Source of the DNA: an uncultured delta proteobacterium
GTDB taxonomy: Bacteria > Myxococcota_A > Polyangia > Haliangiales > Haliangiaceae
Assembly (NCBI GenBank): GCA_963848295.1
Contig: CAWKDB010000011.1
Span: forward strand, 384,001 to 448,000
Direction of reading: 5' to 3'
DNA length: 64,000 nucleotides
Part shown: piece after piece, positions 54,343 to 64,000 of the stretch
How positions within the stretch are numbered: the first letter of the stretch is position 1
Layout: each line of letters begins with the position of its first letter
Made by a program: the position numbers and the translations under genes
The notes under the pieces: model-generated
What the model was told of the DNA's origin: nothing
The model's input: only the letters and a program-made list of their open reading frames with translations
Database searches by the model: none

Positions 54343-54375
54343 TCGCCGGCCTGAGGACGATCGAATGCCCGCGAT

Positions 54376-54705
54376 TTATTGCGGGTGGGGAAACAGATCA
54401 TTCATCTGCTTGACGCAGTTGCGATAGTCGCTGCAGCCCTGGTCGGTCGTCGGAAGTCGATCGGCGCAGTTCGCAAGCGAACGGATGCGTGCCCACGACC
54501 GCGCCGTGTCTTTGTCGACCGGGTGATCGGGTGAGCCTTTGAAGGCGCCGGTGCACTGGCCGACCAACTCGGCCGGGCTGTCACCGCCCGACGCGAAGCA
54601 GTAGTCGAGGAGCTTGGCAAAGTGCTGGCAGGTCTTCGTGCGATCGGGCGGATCCGGCGTGCAGGCGACGAGCGCGCAAGCCAGGACGACCGCGTAGATT
54701 CTCAT
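54376..54705 (-). CDS. Small Cys-containing lipoprotein
   Basis: LVAC lipobox plus six further Cys. Confidence 0.65.
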   Translation of the reverse strand: MRIYAVVLACALVACTPDPPDRTKTCQHFAKLLDYCFASGGDSPAELVGQCTGAFKGSPDHPVDKDTARSWARIRSLANCADRLPTTDQGCSDYRNCVKQMNDLFPHPQ

Positions 54706-54714
54706 TCCCGGAGT

Positions 54715-55401
54715 CTAATTGATGACGACGAGCTCGCCGGCGTCGTGGCCGCAGAACCTCGCGTTGAGATCGTACTTCGCGCCGCACACGGGACAGATCC
54801 GCGCGACGACGCCCGCCGGCTCGGTCGCACCGCGCTTGCGCGGTCGAGTCGCGTGATAGACCGCAAACGCGACGAGCTCGGTGCCATCGTGCGGACACTC
54901 TCGCAGCCCGTGCTCGAACGCGCGGCGACACGCCAGGCAGACGAGGCCAGCGCTCTTGCCGAGCGCGAGCGAGCGCAACGGACTGCCGAGCAGATCGGTC
55001 GGAGTGACCAGTCGGCGCGCGTCGCGCGTGCAGTACGTCATGCCGTGATACTCGACGCGGCACGTCGGACACACCATGGCGCCTGACGATGTCGTCGGTG
55101 CCGACGCGACGACGGCCAAGCCGCCGCCGCCACCACCGCCGCGCACCATCTGCGGTCGCGTACGTGGCCGCGGAGGTGGCGGTGACGCAACCGCGGCGAC
55201 TTGCTGTGGCGGCGGCGCCTCGACCGCGGCCGGTGCGGCGTGACCGCGGCGGCGAAGGATCACCGCCATCGCGACGAGCCCGACGATCACGAGCGCGAGC
55301 AGTCCGATGACGGCGAGGAGCAACGGCTCCGCAGTCAACAGCGTCGCCGAAGCGAATCCGGAAATCACAACTCCTGCCTCTGCAAAGGCTAGCAACCGCA
55401 A
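54715..55401 (-). CDS. Membrane-anchored protein with three zinc-ribbon repeats
   Basis: TM segment; Pro-rich linker; three CxxC-x9-CxxD units; TTG start is uncertain. Confidence 0.7.
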   Translation of the reverse strand: MRLLAFAEAGVVISGFASATLLTAEPLLLAVIGLLALVIVGLVAMAVILRRRGHAAPAAVEAPPPQQVAAVASPPPPRPRTRPQMVRGGGGGGGLAVVASAPTTSSGAMVCPTCRVEYHGMTYCTRDARRLVTPTDLLGSPLRSLALGKSAGLVCLACRRAFEHGLRECPHDGTELVAFAVYHATRPRKRGATEPAGVVARICPVCGAKYDLNARFCGHDAGELVVIN

Positions 55402-55453
55402 TTCTGTCGGTCAACGCGCATGTTTGTCGGTCGACGAGGTACTACCTCGCCGC

Positions 55454-57157
55454 ATGCCCGACCTCGTGATCGGCGGTCGACGCGCCGCGCCGGTGCGCCC
55501 ATGGCGCGCTGCGGTGATCGGCATCGCGCTCCTCGGGGTCGCAGTCGTCGTCGCGTGGTTCATCTATCGCAGATCGGTCGCCTACGACATTCCCGGAGGT
55601 GAGGTCAGCGGCGAGCTTACGGTGACCGCACCCTCGGCGGGGGCGCTTGCCCGGGTCGCGTTCGGGGCCTCGTCGCTCGAGTGGGTCGGGGGCATCCCGG
55701 TGCTGCGTGCAACCGGTGATGCCCACGCGATCGGTGCCGCCCAGGGCCGGCTGCTCGCGCCCCTGCTGGCTGCGGTGGTTCGGGCGCATCAGGCATCGAT
55801 CGAGGGCACGGTCGCCGATGATGGCCTCCTCGGTGGCACGACCCACCACATGCGGCTCAACTGGCGCTGGCGGTTTGTCGACGACGGCGTGTCCGACTCC
55901 GACCGTCGGATGGTCGCCGGCTTGATGCGAGGCGCCGCGGCGAGCGGCGTGTCGCTCTCGTTCGACGACCTGCTGCGCGACCAGGCGGTGCTCGACATCG
56001 GGGTGCCGTCGCCAGCGAGCTCCGAGACCGAGGAGCGTAGCCTCGCTCACAGCCTGACGGTGATTGCACAACAAGCGCAAGCACCGGCCCGCGTCTGGAT
56101 CGGCCGCAGCTTCTCGCTGAGCGGGCTCGACGACGGCGGCGACAACGAGATCCCGCTGGTCGAGATCGCCCATCCAGCCGGCAAGATCGCGTGGGCGACC
56201 GTCGGGTGGCCAGGAGAGATCGGCGCCGTGACCGGGATCAACGCCGAAGGCATCGCGGTCATGGTTCATCCGACGCGCACGGGCGATGTCCGCCCGACGC
56301 GCGACGCGAGACCGATCGCCATGCTCGCGCGCGCCGTGCTCGAGCAGGCCAAGACGCTCGATCAGGCGATCGCCTTGATCGAGCAAACGCCGACCCTTGG
56401 CGCGGCCGCGTTTGTCGTGGTCGACGGCGCCTCCGGCAAATGGTTGCGCGTCGAACGCACGCCGAGCAAAGCGATCGTCGAACGCGCACCGAAGTCGCCC
56501 GCGATCGGCGATGTGCTCGAGACCAACGCGCTCGCGTCGGATCCGGAGAACGACCGCGCTAGGCGAATGCTCGCGACTGTTCCGCGGGTCGCACGCGCGG
56601 CGCGGCTCGTGCGTGCTCCTCTTCCCGACGTCGAGGCGATGGCGGCGATCCTGCGCGATACCCGGGGCGACGCCGACGCACCCCGTCCGGCCGGACATCG
56701 CGGCACGATCGATGACGGTCGCGCCGTCCACGTCGCGATCTTCGATCCGACGTCGCTCGAGTTATGGGTCGCGGACCCGCGCGCCGGCGGACGATTTCGC
56801 GGGTTCGATCTGCGCCACGAGCTACGCGGCGAAGGCGATCGCGCCGCGCCGCCCGCAGACATTCCGCCCGATCCGGCCGCGGACCCGGACCGACGCGCCG
56901 ACCTCGTCGCCGCACGCGCCGATCTGCGCGACGCTCGCGCTGCGCTCGTTCGCGGTGACGACGAGCTCGCAGCCGAGGCTTGTGCGCGCGCACTCGCGCG
57001 GCAGCCGCAGCTGCCGGAGGCGCTGGAGCTGGCCGGCCAGATCGCGGCCGAACGCGGCGACAACGCCCGCGCGCGGGCGCTGTATCAGCAATGGCTGGAC
57101 GGCGGAGCCGATGATCCGCATGGCGAAGAGCGAGCACGCGCGCTCCTCGGCCGCTGA
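55454..57157 (+). CDS. C45-like Ntn-hydrolase homologue with C-terminal TPR
   Basis: G.AQG.LL, VGWPG...TGINAEGI, AKTLDQAI and AIFDPTSLELWVA; the usual C-T-x / GRNFD motifs are altered. Confidence 0.72.
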   Translation: MPDLVIGGRRAAPVRPWRAAVIGIALLGVAVVVAWFIYRRSVAYDIPGGEVSGELTVTAPSAGALARVAFGASSLEWVGGIPVLRATGDAHAIGAAQGRLLAPLLAAVVRAHQASIEGTVADDGLLGGTTHHMRLNWRWRFVDDGVSDSDRRMVAGLMRGAAASGVSLSFDDLLRDQAVLDIGVPSPASSETEERSLAHSLTVIAQQAQAPARVWIGRSFSLSGLDDGGDNEIPLVEIAHPAGKIAWATVGWPGEIGAVTGINAEGIAVMVHPTRTGDVRPTRDARPIAMLARAVLEQAKTLDQAIALIEQTPTLGAAAFVVVDGASGKWLRVERTPSKAIVERAPKSPAIGDVLETNALASDPENDRARRMLATVPRVARAARLVRAPLPDVEAMAAILRDTRGDADAPRPAGHRGTIDDGRAVHVAIFDPTSLELWVADPRAGGRFRGFDLRHELRGEGDRAAPPADIPPDPAADPDRRADLVAARADLRDARAALVRGDDELAAEACARALARQPQLPEALELAGQIAAERGDNARARALYQQWLDGGADDPHGEERARALLGR

Positions 57158-57162
57158 CCAAC

Positions 57163-57401
57163 CATCGGCATCGGCATCGGCATCGGCATCGGCATCGGCA
57201 TCGGCATCGGCATCGGCATCGGCATCGGCATCGGCATCGGCATCGGCATCGATCGCATCGCGCATCGGCATCGGCATCGGCATCGGCATCGGCATCGCCA
57301 TCGCCATCGGCATCGGCATCGGCATCGGCATCGGCATCGGCATCGGCAGCGGCATCGGCATCGGCAGCGGCAACGGCGTCGGCAGCGGCAGCGGCAGCGG
57401 C
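57163..57401. repeat. (GGCATC)n array grading into (GGCAGC)n
   Basis: Read directly; lies in a convergent intergenic region. Confidence 0.97.
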
Positions 57402-57449
57402 TTGTTTGACTCCCGCAAAGGCTGCCGGATTCAGCGCCGGCGCGCGCGC

Positions 57450-57770
57450 TCACCGCGTGAGCCTGAACAGCATCGCGCGAACGCGATCGAGTGGCGCCTC
57501 GATCGCGGCGAAGTCCTCGGCGGTGATGTAACCGCGCGCCTTCGCGATGAGCAGCGCGGTCGACAGCTCGCGCGCGCTGCCGAAGGCGCGGCGGAACATG
57601 TCGGGCCGATCGAGGCCGGCGCGTGCGCTCGCTTCGGCGATGTTGAGGGCCACGCTCTCGGCGGCGCGGCCGATCTCGTCGGCGAGCGACTTGCGGCGAG
57701 CCCGAAGCTTCGGCTCGATCGGAGCGAGCTGTTCGAGGACGGTGAGCGACTGAGCGAGGACGTCGAGCAT
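57450..57770 (-). CDS. Four-helix-bundle protein (23S rRNA IVP / Avd-like family), copy 1
   Basis: 106 aa; RAAESVALNIAE and GSARE signature. Confidence 0.88.
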   Translation of the reverse strand: MLDVLAQSLTVLEQLAPIEPKLRARRKSLADEIGRAAESVALNIAEASARAGLDRPDMFRRAFGSARELSTALLIAKARGYITAEDFAAIEAPLDRVRAMLFRLTR

Positions 57771-57800
57771 TGGCGTGGCCTTTCGTGGATGAGCGGCGCA

Positions 57801-57986
57801 CCGATTCGCCGGGGCCGTCTCGCCCGTCGCGCCGCACTCGCGCCGGCGCCGTGACGAGCGCGGGCACAAATCTCCGCACGCGTCGGTCGATCCAACTCTG
57901 CGGCGGTCGTTCGCACGCGTCGGTGGCCTCGGCGCTCGGCGCGGCGCTGGCGCGAAGCGGCGCAGGGCGACGGCCCCGGCGATCGG
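57801..57986 (-). ncRNA. Candidate structured leader/ncRNA (or ssDNA hairpin), copy 1
   Basis: Long imperfect hairpin; pairing is shared with copy 2 through compensatory changes. Confidence 0.6.
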
Positions 57987-58007
57987 AAGCCGCGAGGGCC
58001 GAGAGGT

Positions 58008-58159
<152 letters not shown>

Positions 58160-58181
58160 AACTCGACGCTCACTCGCTCGC

Positions 58182-58378
58182 GCCGATGAGCGGAACGTCT
58201 CTCTCGCCCTGCGCCGCTTCGCGCGGGTCCCGCGCCGAGCGCCGAGTGCGCCGGCGTCTGCGATCGACCGCCGCGGAGTTGATCGGCCGGCGATTGCGGT
58301 GGTCAGCGCCCGCGCTCGTCACGGGACCCGCGCGAGTGCGGCGCGACGGGCGAGAGAGAGACGTTCCTACCCATCGGC
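58182..58378 (+). ncRNA. Candidate structured leader/ncRNA (or ssDNA hairpin), copy 2
   Basis: GGAACGTCTCTCTCGCCC pairs with GGGCGAGAGAGAGACGTTCC; CGCGCGGGTCCCG pairs with CGGGACCCGCGCG. Confidence 0.6.
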
Positions 58379-58399
58379 CACTCACTTCGGAGGATCATC

Positions 58400-58723
58400 A
58401 TGTCGTTCTACGCCCTCGACTTCGCCCTCGCCGTCCTGCAGCAGCTCGCCCCGATCGAGGCCAAGGTCCGCCGCACGCGCAAGTCACTCGCCGACGAGAT
58501 CGTCCGCGCCGGCGAGAGCATCGCCCTCAACGTCAGCGAAGGCCGCATGCGCGTCGGGCTCGATCGCCCGGACTTCTTCCGGCGAGCAGCCGGCAGCGCC
58601 AGCGAGCTCACCACCGCCCTACTGATCGCGCGCGCGCGAGGCATCATCACCACCGAGGACTTCGCGGCGGTCGACGAGCCGCTCGACCGCGTCCGCGCGA
58701 TCCTGTGGCGGCTCACGCACTGA
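58400..58723 (+). CDS. Four-helix-bundle protein (23S rRNA IVP / Avd-like family), copy 2
   Basis: 107 aa; [13 protein letters not shown] and GSASE; GGAGG RBS; ~70% identical to copy 1 by manual alignment. Confidence 0.9.
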   Translation: MSFYALDFALAVLQQLAPIEAKVRRTRKSLADEIVRAGESIALNVSEGRMRVGLDRPDFFRRAAGSASELTTALLIARARGIITTEDFAAVDEPLDRVRAILWRLTH

Positions 58724-58787
58724 GCGCTTGCGCCGGCCGCCGCGCCGGCGAAACCGATTTCGGCACCCTTCGCCGGGCCCAACGAAC

Positions 58788-59272
58788 GGATACGGATCCG
58801 GCAGCGGATCCGGCAGCGGATCCGGCAGCGGATCCGGCAGCGGATCCGGCAGCGGATCCGGCAGCGGATCCGGCAGCGGATCCGGCAGCGGATCCGGCAG
58901 CGGATCCGGCAGCGGATCCGGCAGCGGATCCGGCAGCGGATCCGGCAGCGGATCCGGCAGCGGATCCGGCAGCGGATCCGGCAGCGGATCCGGCAGCGGA
59001 TCCGGCAGCGGATCCGGCGGCGGCGGCGGATACGGCAGCGGATACGGCAGCGGATACGGCGGCGGCAGCGGATACGGCGGCGGCAGCGGATACGGCAGCG
59101 GATACGGCAGCGGATACGGCGGCGGCAGCGGATACGGCGGCGGCAGCGGATACGGCAGCGGATCCGGCACCCGCGGCGGCAGCGGATACGGCACCCGCGG
59201 CGGCAGCGGATACGGCAGCGGATACCGGCGGCGGCGGCGGATACGGCACCCGCGACGGCAGCGGACACGGCG
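58788..59272. repeat. (GGATCCGGCAGC)x18 followed by GGATAC/GGCAGC/GGCGGC variants
   Basis: Read directly; perfect 12-mers span 58794-59009. Confidence 0.97.
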
Positions 59273-59278
59273 GGGCGG

Positions 59279-60760
59279 CTACAGCGGAATGTGCTGATGC
59301 CACGTCGCGGCTGGGCCCGGACCGAACCGAACATCACGCAGCACGTCGACGACGCAGCTCTGCGTCACGCCGCCGAAGTCGCTGTTCTGCGGGTTGAGGT
59401 AGCTGACCGCGCCTTGCGCGTCGACCGCGAGCTCGATGTCGATCGCCAGGTCGGAGATGCCTTGCTTGGCGAGGGCGCGCGTGCACACGTCGAGACGCGC
59501 TCGCACCTTCGCGATCCCTCGCTCGAGCTCGCGACTGCGTGTCGACACGCCTCCGGTCGGTGGCGGTGCAGTCGCCGCTGGGACCTCGAACCGCGAGCCC
59601 TCGCCGCTGCCCGAGCCGACGTCGACCCAGCCGACGCGATGGAACCGCCCGCCGCGATCCGCGGCCTCGATCGTGTGACGACCGGGCATGACCCGGATGC
59701 GCAGCGGCGCCGCACCGAGCTCGACGCCATCGACCCGGACGTCGCGCCGCGCGACGGTCGCGATATCGAGCGCGGCGGTCTGATGCGCGAGCTGCGGGAC
59801 GCCGGCCCAGATCGGCGTGGTCACCGGCGTCGCCTGCGCGAGGTCCGCGAGTTGCGCAGGCGCGAGCGCGATCGCCCGATCGCCGTCGAGCGCTTGGCCG
59901 GCGCCGACCGCCACCGGCGCATGACCCGGCGCACTCGAGCGAACCTGCACGAGCCCGTGGCGACACTCGACGTCGGTGGCATCGTGCTCGCGATCATGCA
60001 CGACGCGGAACTGGGTGCCGCGGACCTCGACCGTGCGATCGCCGGCGACGACCGTGAACGTCTGGCCGGCCGCGCGCGGCGCCACGACGACATCGACCGT
60101 ACCTTCGACCGCGAGCTCGATCGCCTGCGCATCGAACCGGCGTAGCTCGAGCGACGACCGAGGTCCGAGCGACAGCGCGCTCGCATCGCCGAACTGAATG
60201 TCGATCCGGCCATCACCGGTCGCGAGCAACGTGCCCGTGCCGATCGCGCGACCGAACAGCGCGTCGAGATCGGCGACGCGAATGCCGTCGAGCATGACGT
60301 CGCCGGCGACCCGGCTGACCGCGCCGATCACGGGCGTCGGCGGGGCCACGAGGGGGCGAGCAAGCGGTCGCGTCGGTGGTGCCGGCGGTGCGCTCGCGAC
60401 CTCGGGCGAGGCTGCGCCTCTCATCATCGGTACGATCGCGAAGCCAGCGGCGACGAGCCCGGCGGCGCCGAGTGCGGCGAACCACACGCGGCGCGGAATC
60501 CGCGGGCCGAGCGTGACCTTGCTGCGCCGCTCGGTCGATACCGACCAGTGGATGCGCGCGCGCACTTCGTCCCACGAGATCTCGGGAGGTGCGCTCGAGC
60601 GCAGCGCCGGGAACGCGTCGCTCGCGCGGGCGATGCGGGTTCGCGCGGTCGCGCAGCGAGCACAGTCTTTCGCGTGCGAGTCCATCGCGGCGCGTTCGGA
60701 TGCATCGAGCTTGCCGGCGAGCGCGTCGGCCCAGCGGTGAGGCGCTACGTGCCCGATCAC
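59279..60760 (-). CDS. FecR-domain anti-sigma factor with N-terminal zf-HC2 zinc finger
   Basis: HAKDCARC; one TM; VEVRGTQFRV; GTGA overlap with the sigma gene. Confidence 0.85.
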   Translation of the reverse strand: MIGHVAPHRWADALAGKLDASERAAMDSHAKDCARCATARTRIARASDAFPALRSSAPPEISWDEVRARIHWSVSTERRSKVTLGPRIPRRVWFAALGAAGLVAAGFAIVPMMRGAASPEVASAPPAPPTRPLARPLVAPPTPVIGAVSRVAGDVMLDGIRVADLDALFGRAIGTGTLLATGDGRIDIQFGDASALSLGPRSSLELRRFDAQAIELAVEGTVDVVVAPRAAGQTFTVVAGDRTVEVRGTQFRVVHDREHDATDVECRHGLVQVRSSAPGHAPVAVGAGQALDGDRAIALAPAQLADLAQATPVTTPIWAGVPQLAHQTAALDIATVARRDVRVDGVELGAAPLRIRVMPGRHTIEAADRGGRFHRVGWVDVGSGSGEGSRFEVPAATAPPPTGGVSTRSRELERGIAKVRARLDVCTRALAKQGISDLAIDIELAVDAQGAVSYLNPQNSDFGGVTQSCVVDVLRDVRFGPGPAATWHQHIPL

Positions 60761-61410
60761 GCGACGTCCTCCGGGTCGAGCTCGGGATCCTTGCCCACGA
60801 TCACCCGATAGAACTCGCGGCGCGCGTAGAACAGCCGCGTCCGGACGGTGACCGGGTTCGACTCGACGAGATATGCGATCTCCTTGAGGTCGAGGCCTTC
60901 GATCTCATGGAGGTACAACACGATGCGCTTCTTCGGCGCCATCGACTCGAGCGCGCGATACACCGACTCGCGATCTTGCCGGCGCTCGAGGCTGCGCTCC
61001 GGCGTCTCGGGCCGCTCGGTCAAGCTCGGATCGGTCGGTGCGAGATCGAGGTCGGCCATTCCGATCGCAGCTGGCCGGCGCTTGCGCGTGCGGATCCGGC
61101 CAAGCGCGACGTTGACGCAGATCCGGTAGAGCCAGGTCGACAGCCGCGCGTCGCCGCGAAACCGTTCGAGCCCGCGAAACGCGATGACGAACACCTCTTG
61201 GACCAGATCCTCGAGATCGGTGCGGTCGCCGAGCACGCGATAGAGGTTGCCGGCGACCTGGCGACGGAACCGGTTGTACAGCTCCTCGTGTGCGGTCCGC
61301 TCGTGCGCTCGGCACCGCTCGATCAGCTCGGCCTCGACGGTCGGGCTGAGCGCCGCGATCGATCCGGTCGATCCGGTGCCGGAATCGCGCTTGGTCACTC
61401 GAGGCAGCAT
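60757..61410 (-). CDS. ECF sigma-70 factor
   Basis: EDLVQEVF, FRGDARLSTWLYRICVN and EGLDLKEIA...TVRTRLFYAR. Confidence 0.95.
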   Translation of the reverse strand: MLPRVTKRDSGTGSTGSIAALSPTVEAELIERCRAHERTAHEELYNRFRRQVAGNLYRVLGDRTDLEDLVQEVFVIAFRGLERFRGDARLSTWLYRICVNVALGRIRTRKRRPAAIGMADLDLAPTDPSLTERPETPERSLERRQDRESVYRALESMAPKKRIVLYLHEIEGLDLKEIAYLVESNPVTVRTRLFYARREFYRVIVGKDPELDPEDVA

Positions 61411-61494
61411 AACTGGGACGAATGTTTAGTGACCTAGGAGACTGCGAGCGTTCAGGCACAGTGGGCGGCGGTTTGGTGAGGCGCGATACAATTG

Positions 61495-61656
61495 AATTGA
61501 TCAACAGGCAACAGGCAACAGGCAATGCCGGATCGTTCGCACGCGGTTCGGATCCAGATTCCTGCCTCCGCGCCGGGCCCTGCCACCGGGGGCGCGACTC
61601 CCTATTGCGCTCAAACCTCCGAACATCGCCTGTTGCCTGTCGCCTGTTGATCAATT
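61495..61656. repeat. 33-bp AT-rich inverted repeats built from ACAGGCA heptamers, enclosing ~96 bp
   Basis: AATTGATCAACAGGCAACAGGCAACAGGCAATG (61495-61527) versus 61624-61656, with 2 differences. Confidence 0.9.
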
Positions 61657-61680
61657 GATCAATTTCCGCTCGGCGGCGCG

Positions 61681-62826
61681 TTACCGCCGAGTCGGCAAGA
61701 CCACGAACTCGAGGTCCTTGTCGAGAACGCACCGCATCGCGTCGTCCTCTCCGACCTTCTCGAACACACAAGGCGCCTCGTCCTTCGCGGTCGCCTTCGC
61801 GCCGCGGGTCGGCAACGTCAAGATGATCTCGTCGCCGTCCACTCGCCACGTGCCCTTGAACGGCAGGTCCGACGCCTGGCCCTCGCAGCTCATCTTGACG
61901 TGCAGCTTGAACGCGCGATCGCGACTCAGCACGAGCCTGACCTCGGCGCGATCGCAGCTCGTGCCGGTCTGCTCCCATTGCCCACCGAAGCCCATCACGC
62001 GTTCGTAGGTCGATCGCGGCTTGCGATCGAGACCGACCGCGGCCCGAAACTTCGGATCGGCGCGCAGCGCGGCGAACGCGGCATCGAACCGCGCTTCGAC
62101 GAGCCAATCGATCGCATCGCTGCGGTTCGTGCCGGACAGCCGCTCGAGCTCGGCGAGCGCGTCGCGCGGCTGCCTCGGCGCGACCATCGCGGCGACGTGA
62201 AACAGCGCCTCGCTGTGATCGCTGTCGAGCGCGAGCACCGCTCGCCACGCGGAGAGCTGGTGCGCCCGCGCAGCTGCTCGAGCGTCCGCGACCTTCTTGG
62301 CGACCTCGGGCGAATCCGTGTGATCACTCGTCGGCGTGGTCGCGGGGGTCTGGATCGGCGCGGTGACGGCCGGCTTCGCGGTCGCGACGTCGAACGCGAC
62401 CACCTCGGTGAGCTCGCGCCCCAACCGCCGCACGGTGTACGCGACCGCGACGCGATCGGCGTACTGGCTGGCGTAGACGTCGACGACCTTGCCGATCGGA
62501 TCGACGGCCTTCCACGTCGCGACCGGAGCGCCGCTGTCGCCGGTGACGGTCAAGGTCGCCTCGCTCGCGGTTGCCGCGAACTGCGCCTTGTCGCCGCGCT
62601 GGACGATCGGCGCCTTGAAGTCGAGCTTCGCGAGCTCGTCGGTCGGGGCCTTGCGGCAGGTCGGCGCGCCGGTCGCCGTACCGTCGGGCTTGACCGCGAG
62701 CGGCGTGCACACCCGATCCTGGTTGACCAGGTAGGCTCGGTCGATTCCGGAGAATCCGCCGAACGTGTCGGCGAGCGCCGGCGGGGCGGCCAGGCCGACG
62801 AGCGCGAGCACCAGCGCGATCCGCAT
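61681..62826 (-). CDS. Hypothetical secreted protein with a TPR-like central region
   Basis: Signal peptide ending ALA; ALFHVAA...ARFDAAFAALRADPKF. Confidence 0.75.
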   Translation of the reverse strand: MRIALVLALVGLAAPPALADTFGGFSGIDRAYLVNQDRVCTPLAVKPDGTATGAPTCRKAPTDELAKLDFKAPIVQRGDKAQFAATASEATLTVTGDSGAPVATWKAVDPIGKVVDVYASQYADRVAVAYTVRRLGRELTEVVAFDVATAKPAVTAPIQTPATTPTSDHTDSPEVAKKVADARAAARAHQLSAWRAVLALDSDHSEALFHVAAMVAPRQPRDALAELERLSGTNRSDAIDWLVEARFDAAFAALRADPKFRAAVGLDRKPRSTYERVMGFGGQWEQTGTSCDRAEVRLVLSRDRAFKLHVKMSCEGQASDLPFKGTWRVDGDEIILTLPTRGAKATAKDEAPCVFEKVGEDDAMRCVLDKDLEFVVLPTRR

Positions 62827-62887
62827 CCTCAGGTGATAGCTCAGCGGCGCGCGCGCTGCACGGCTCATCGCCCCGCCGGCGTCCAAG

Positions 62888-64000
62888 ATGCGCTACCTTG
62901 TGCTCGTGCGGTCCGTCCTCACCCGAGCCAGTGCTGCGCTCGACCGCGGCGTGGTCCGGTTCATCGAGCGCCGGATGGCGCCGCGCACGCCCGCCAGCCA
63001 GCGGCTGACCGAGGCCGACTCGCGCGGCAAGCTGATCGAGCTGGCCGCGGCGTACAACCACGACACCCGCGAGCTACCGAGCCGGTTCTTCCCGACCCCG
63101 GCCCTGCCGCAACCGGTGCTCGATCCGCAAGGCGACGGCCCGCTCGGCACGCAGGTCGTCGACCTCAGCTTTCGCTCCGACTACGTGCCGTTCTTGCCGC
63201 TCGCGCGCGACGCGTACTCCGCGGTCGCCGAAAATCAGAACGCGCATATCCGATGGTGGACCAGTGATCGCGGCCGCCCGACGATCGTGATGTTGCACGG
63301 CTGGGGCGGTGGCAACCATCGCGTGACCGCCGCGAGCTTCGTCGTGCCGTACTGGCTGCGCCACGGGTTCGACGTCGCCGCGTTCCAGCTGCCGTTTCAC
63401 GGCGCGCGCGCGCCGTCGGGCTCCGCGCCGCTGTCGCCGCTGTGGCCGAGCCCGAATCCACTGCGCACGAACGAAGGCTTCGGTCACGCGATCTATGACC
63501 TGCGCGCGCTCGCGCTGTGGCTGCGGTCGCGCGGCACGTCCGCGGTCGGCGTGATGGGCATGAGCCTCGGCGGTTACACGACCGCGCTGTGGGCGAGCGT
63601 CGCGGGCCCGAGCGATCCGGGCGGGGTCGACTTCGCGGTCGCGATGATCCCGGCGGTGTCGATGGCGCGCCTGTTCTGGCGTCACGGCGAGAGCAACCCG
63701 ATGCGCCGGCGCGCGCTCAAGGCCGGGATCACCGAGGAGCTGCTCGCCGATGCGTTCGCGGTCCACTCGCCGCTCGCCGCGCCCGCCGCGGATCGATCGC
63801 GACCGCCGGTTCGTCGTCGCCGGCCGAGGCGATCGGATCACGCCGCCCGATCAAGCCGAGGAGCTCGCGGCGCACTGGCAGACCGAGATCGAATGGTTCG
63901 ACGGCGGTCACCTCGCGCAGGTCGGCCGCGGCGATGCGCTGCGCGCGATCCGGCGCAAGCTCGCGACGCTCGATCTCCCGGGCCGCGCATTTCGTCCGTC
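62888..64000 (+). CDS. Alpha/beta hydrolase with apparent frameshift near 63779; runs off the window (absent from the ORF track)
   Basis: Manual translation: MLHGWGG, LPFHGAR and GMSLGG nucleophile elbow; catalytic D/H motifs (GDRITPP, FDGGHL) lie in the +1 frame. Confidence 0.8.
   Translation, partial: MRYLVLVRSVLTRASAALDRGVVRFIERRMAPRTPASQRLTEADSRGKLIELAAAYNHDTRELPSRFFPTPALPQPVLDPQGDGPLGTQVVDLSFRSDYVPFLPLARDAYSAVAENQNAHIRWWTSDRGRPTIVMLHGWGGGNHRVTAASFVVPYWLRHGFDVAAFQLPFHGARAPSGSAPLSPLWPSPNPLRTNEGFGHAIYDLRALALWLRSRGTSAVGVMGMSLGGYTTALWASVAGPSDPGGVDFAVAMIPAVSMARLFWRHGESNPMRRRALKAGITEELLADAFAVHSPLAAPAADRSRPPVRRRRPRRSDHAARSSRGARGALADRDRMVRRRSPRAGRPRRCAARDPAQARDARSPGPRISSV

Overview
High-GC (~70% by eye) bacterial chromosome segment. 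The gene content (sigma54 activators, FHA regulator, ECF/FecR pair, many Cys-rich lipoproteins) suggests a myxobacterium, which is an inference. From left to right: an eight-gene lipid/inositol biosynthetic operon (alpha-oxoamine synthase, ferritin-like di-iron protein, E2-like acyltransferase, GH3, inositol-1-phosphate synthase, DegT aminotransferase, flippase-like protein, aldehyde dehydrogenase); a two-gene cassette bracketed by ~230-bp inverted repeats; a GMC oxidoreductase; an MBOAT plus two SGNH O-acetylation genes; two tandem [TolC-MFP-RND <- -> sensor kinase-NtrC] modules, each with a clear sigma54 promoter; assorted lipoproteins and peptidases; and an ECF sigma/FecR pair. The most striking feature is at 57.1-59.3 kb. 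Two divergent four-helix-bundle (Avd/IVP-like) paralogues are each preceded by a ~190-nt hairpin whose base pairing and bulges are conserved despite sequence change, and the whole unit is embedded in expanded GGNNNC-hexamer arrays. I saw no rRNA, tRNA, CRISPR array, transposase or reverse transcriptase. Three genes carry single-site lesions, which may be real or assembly errors. All family calls are from motif recognition, not database searches.
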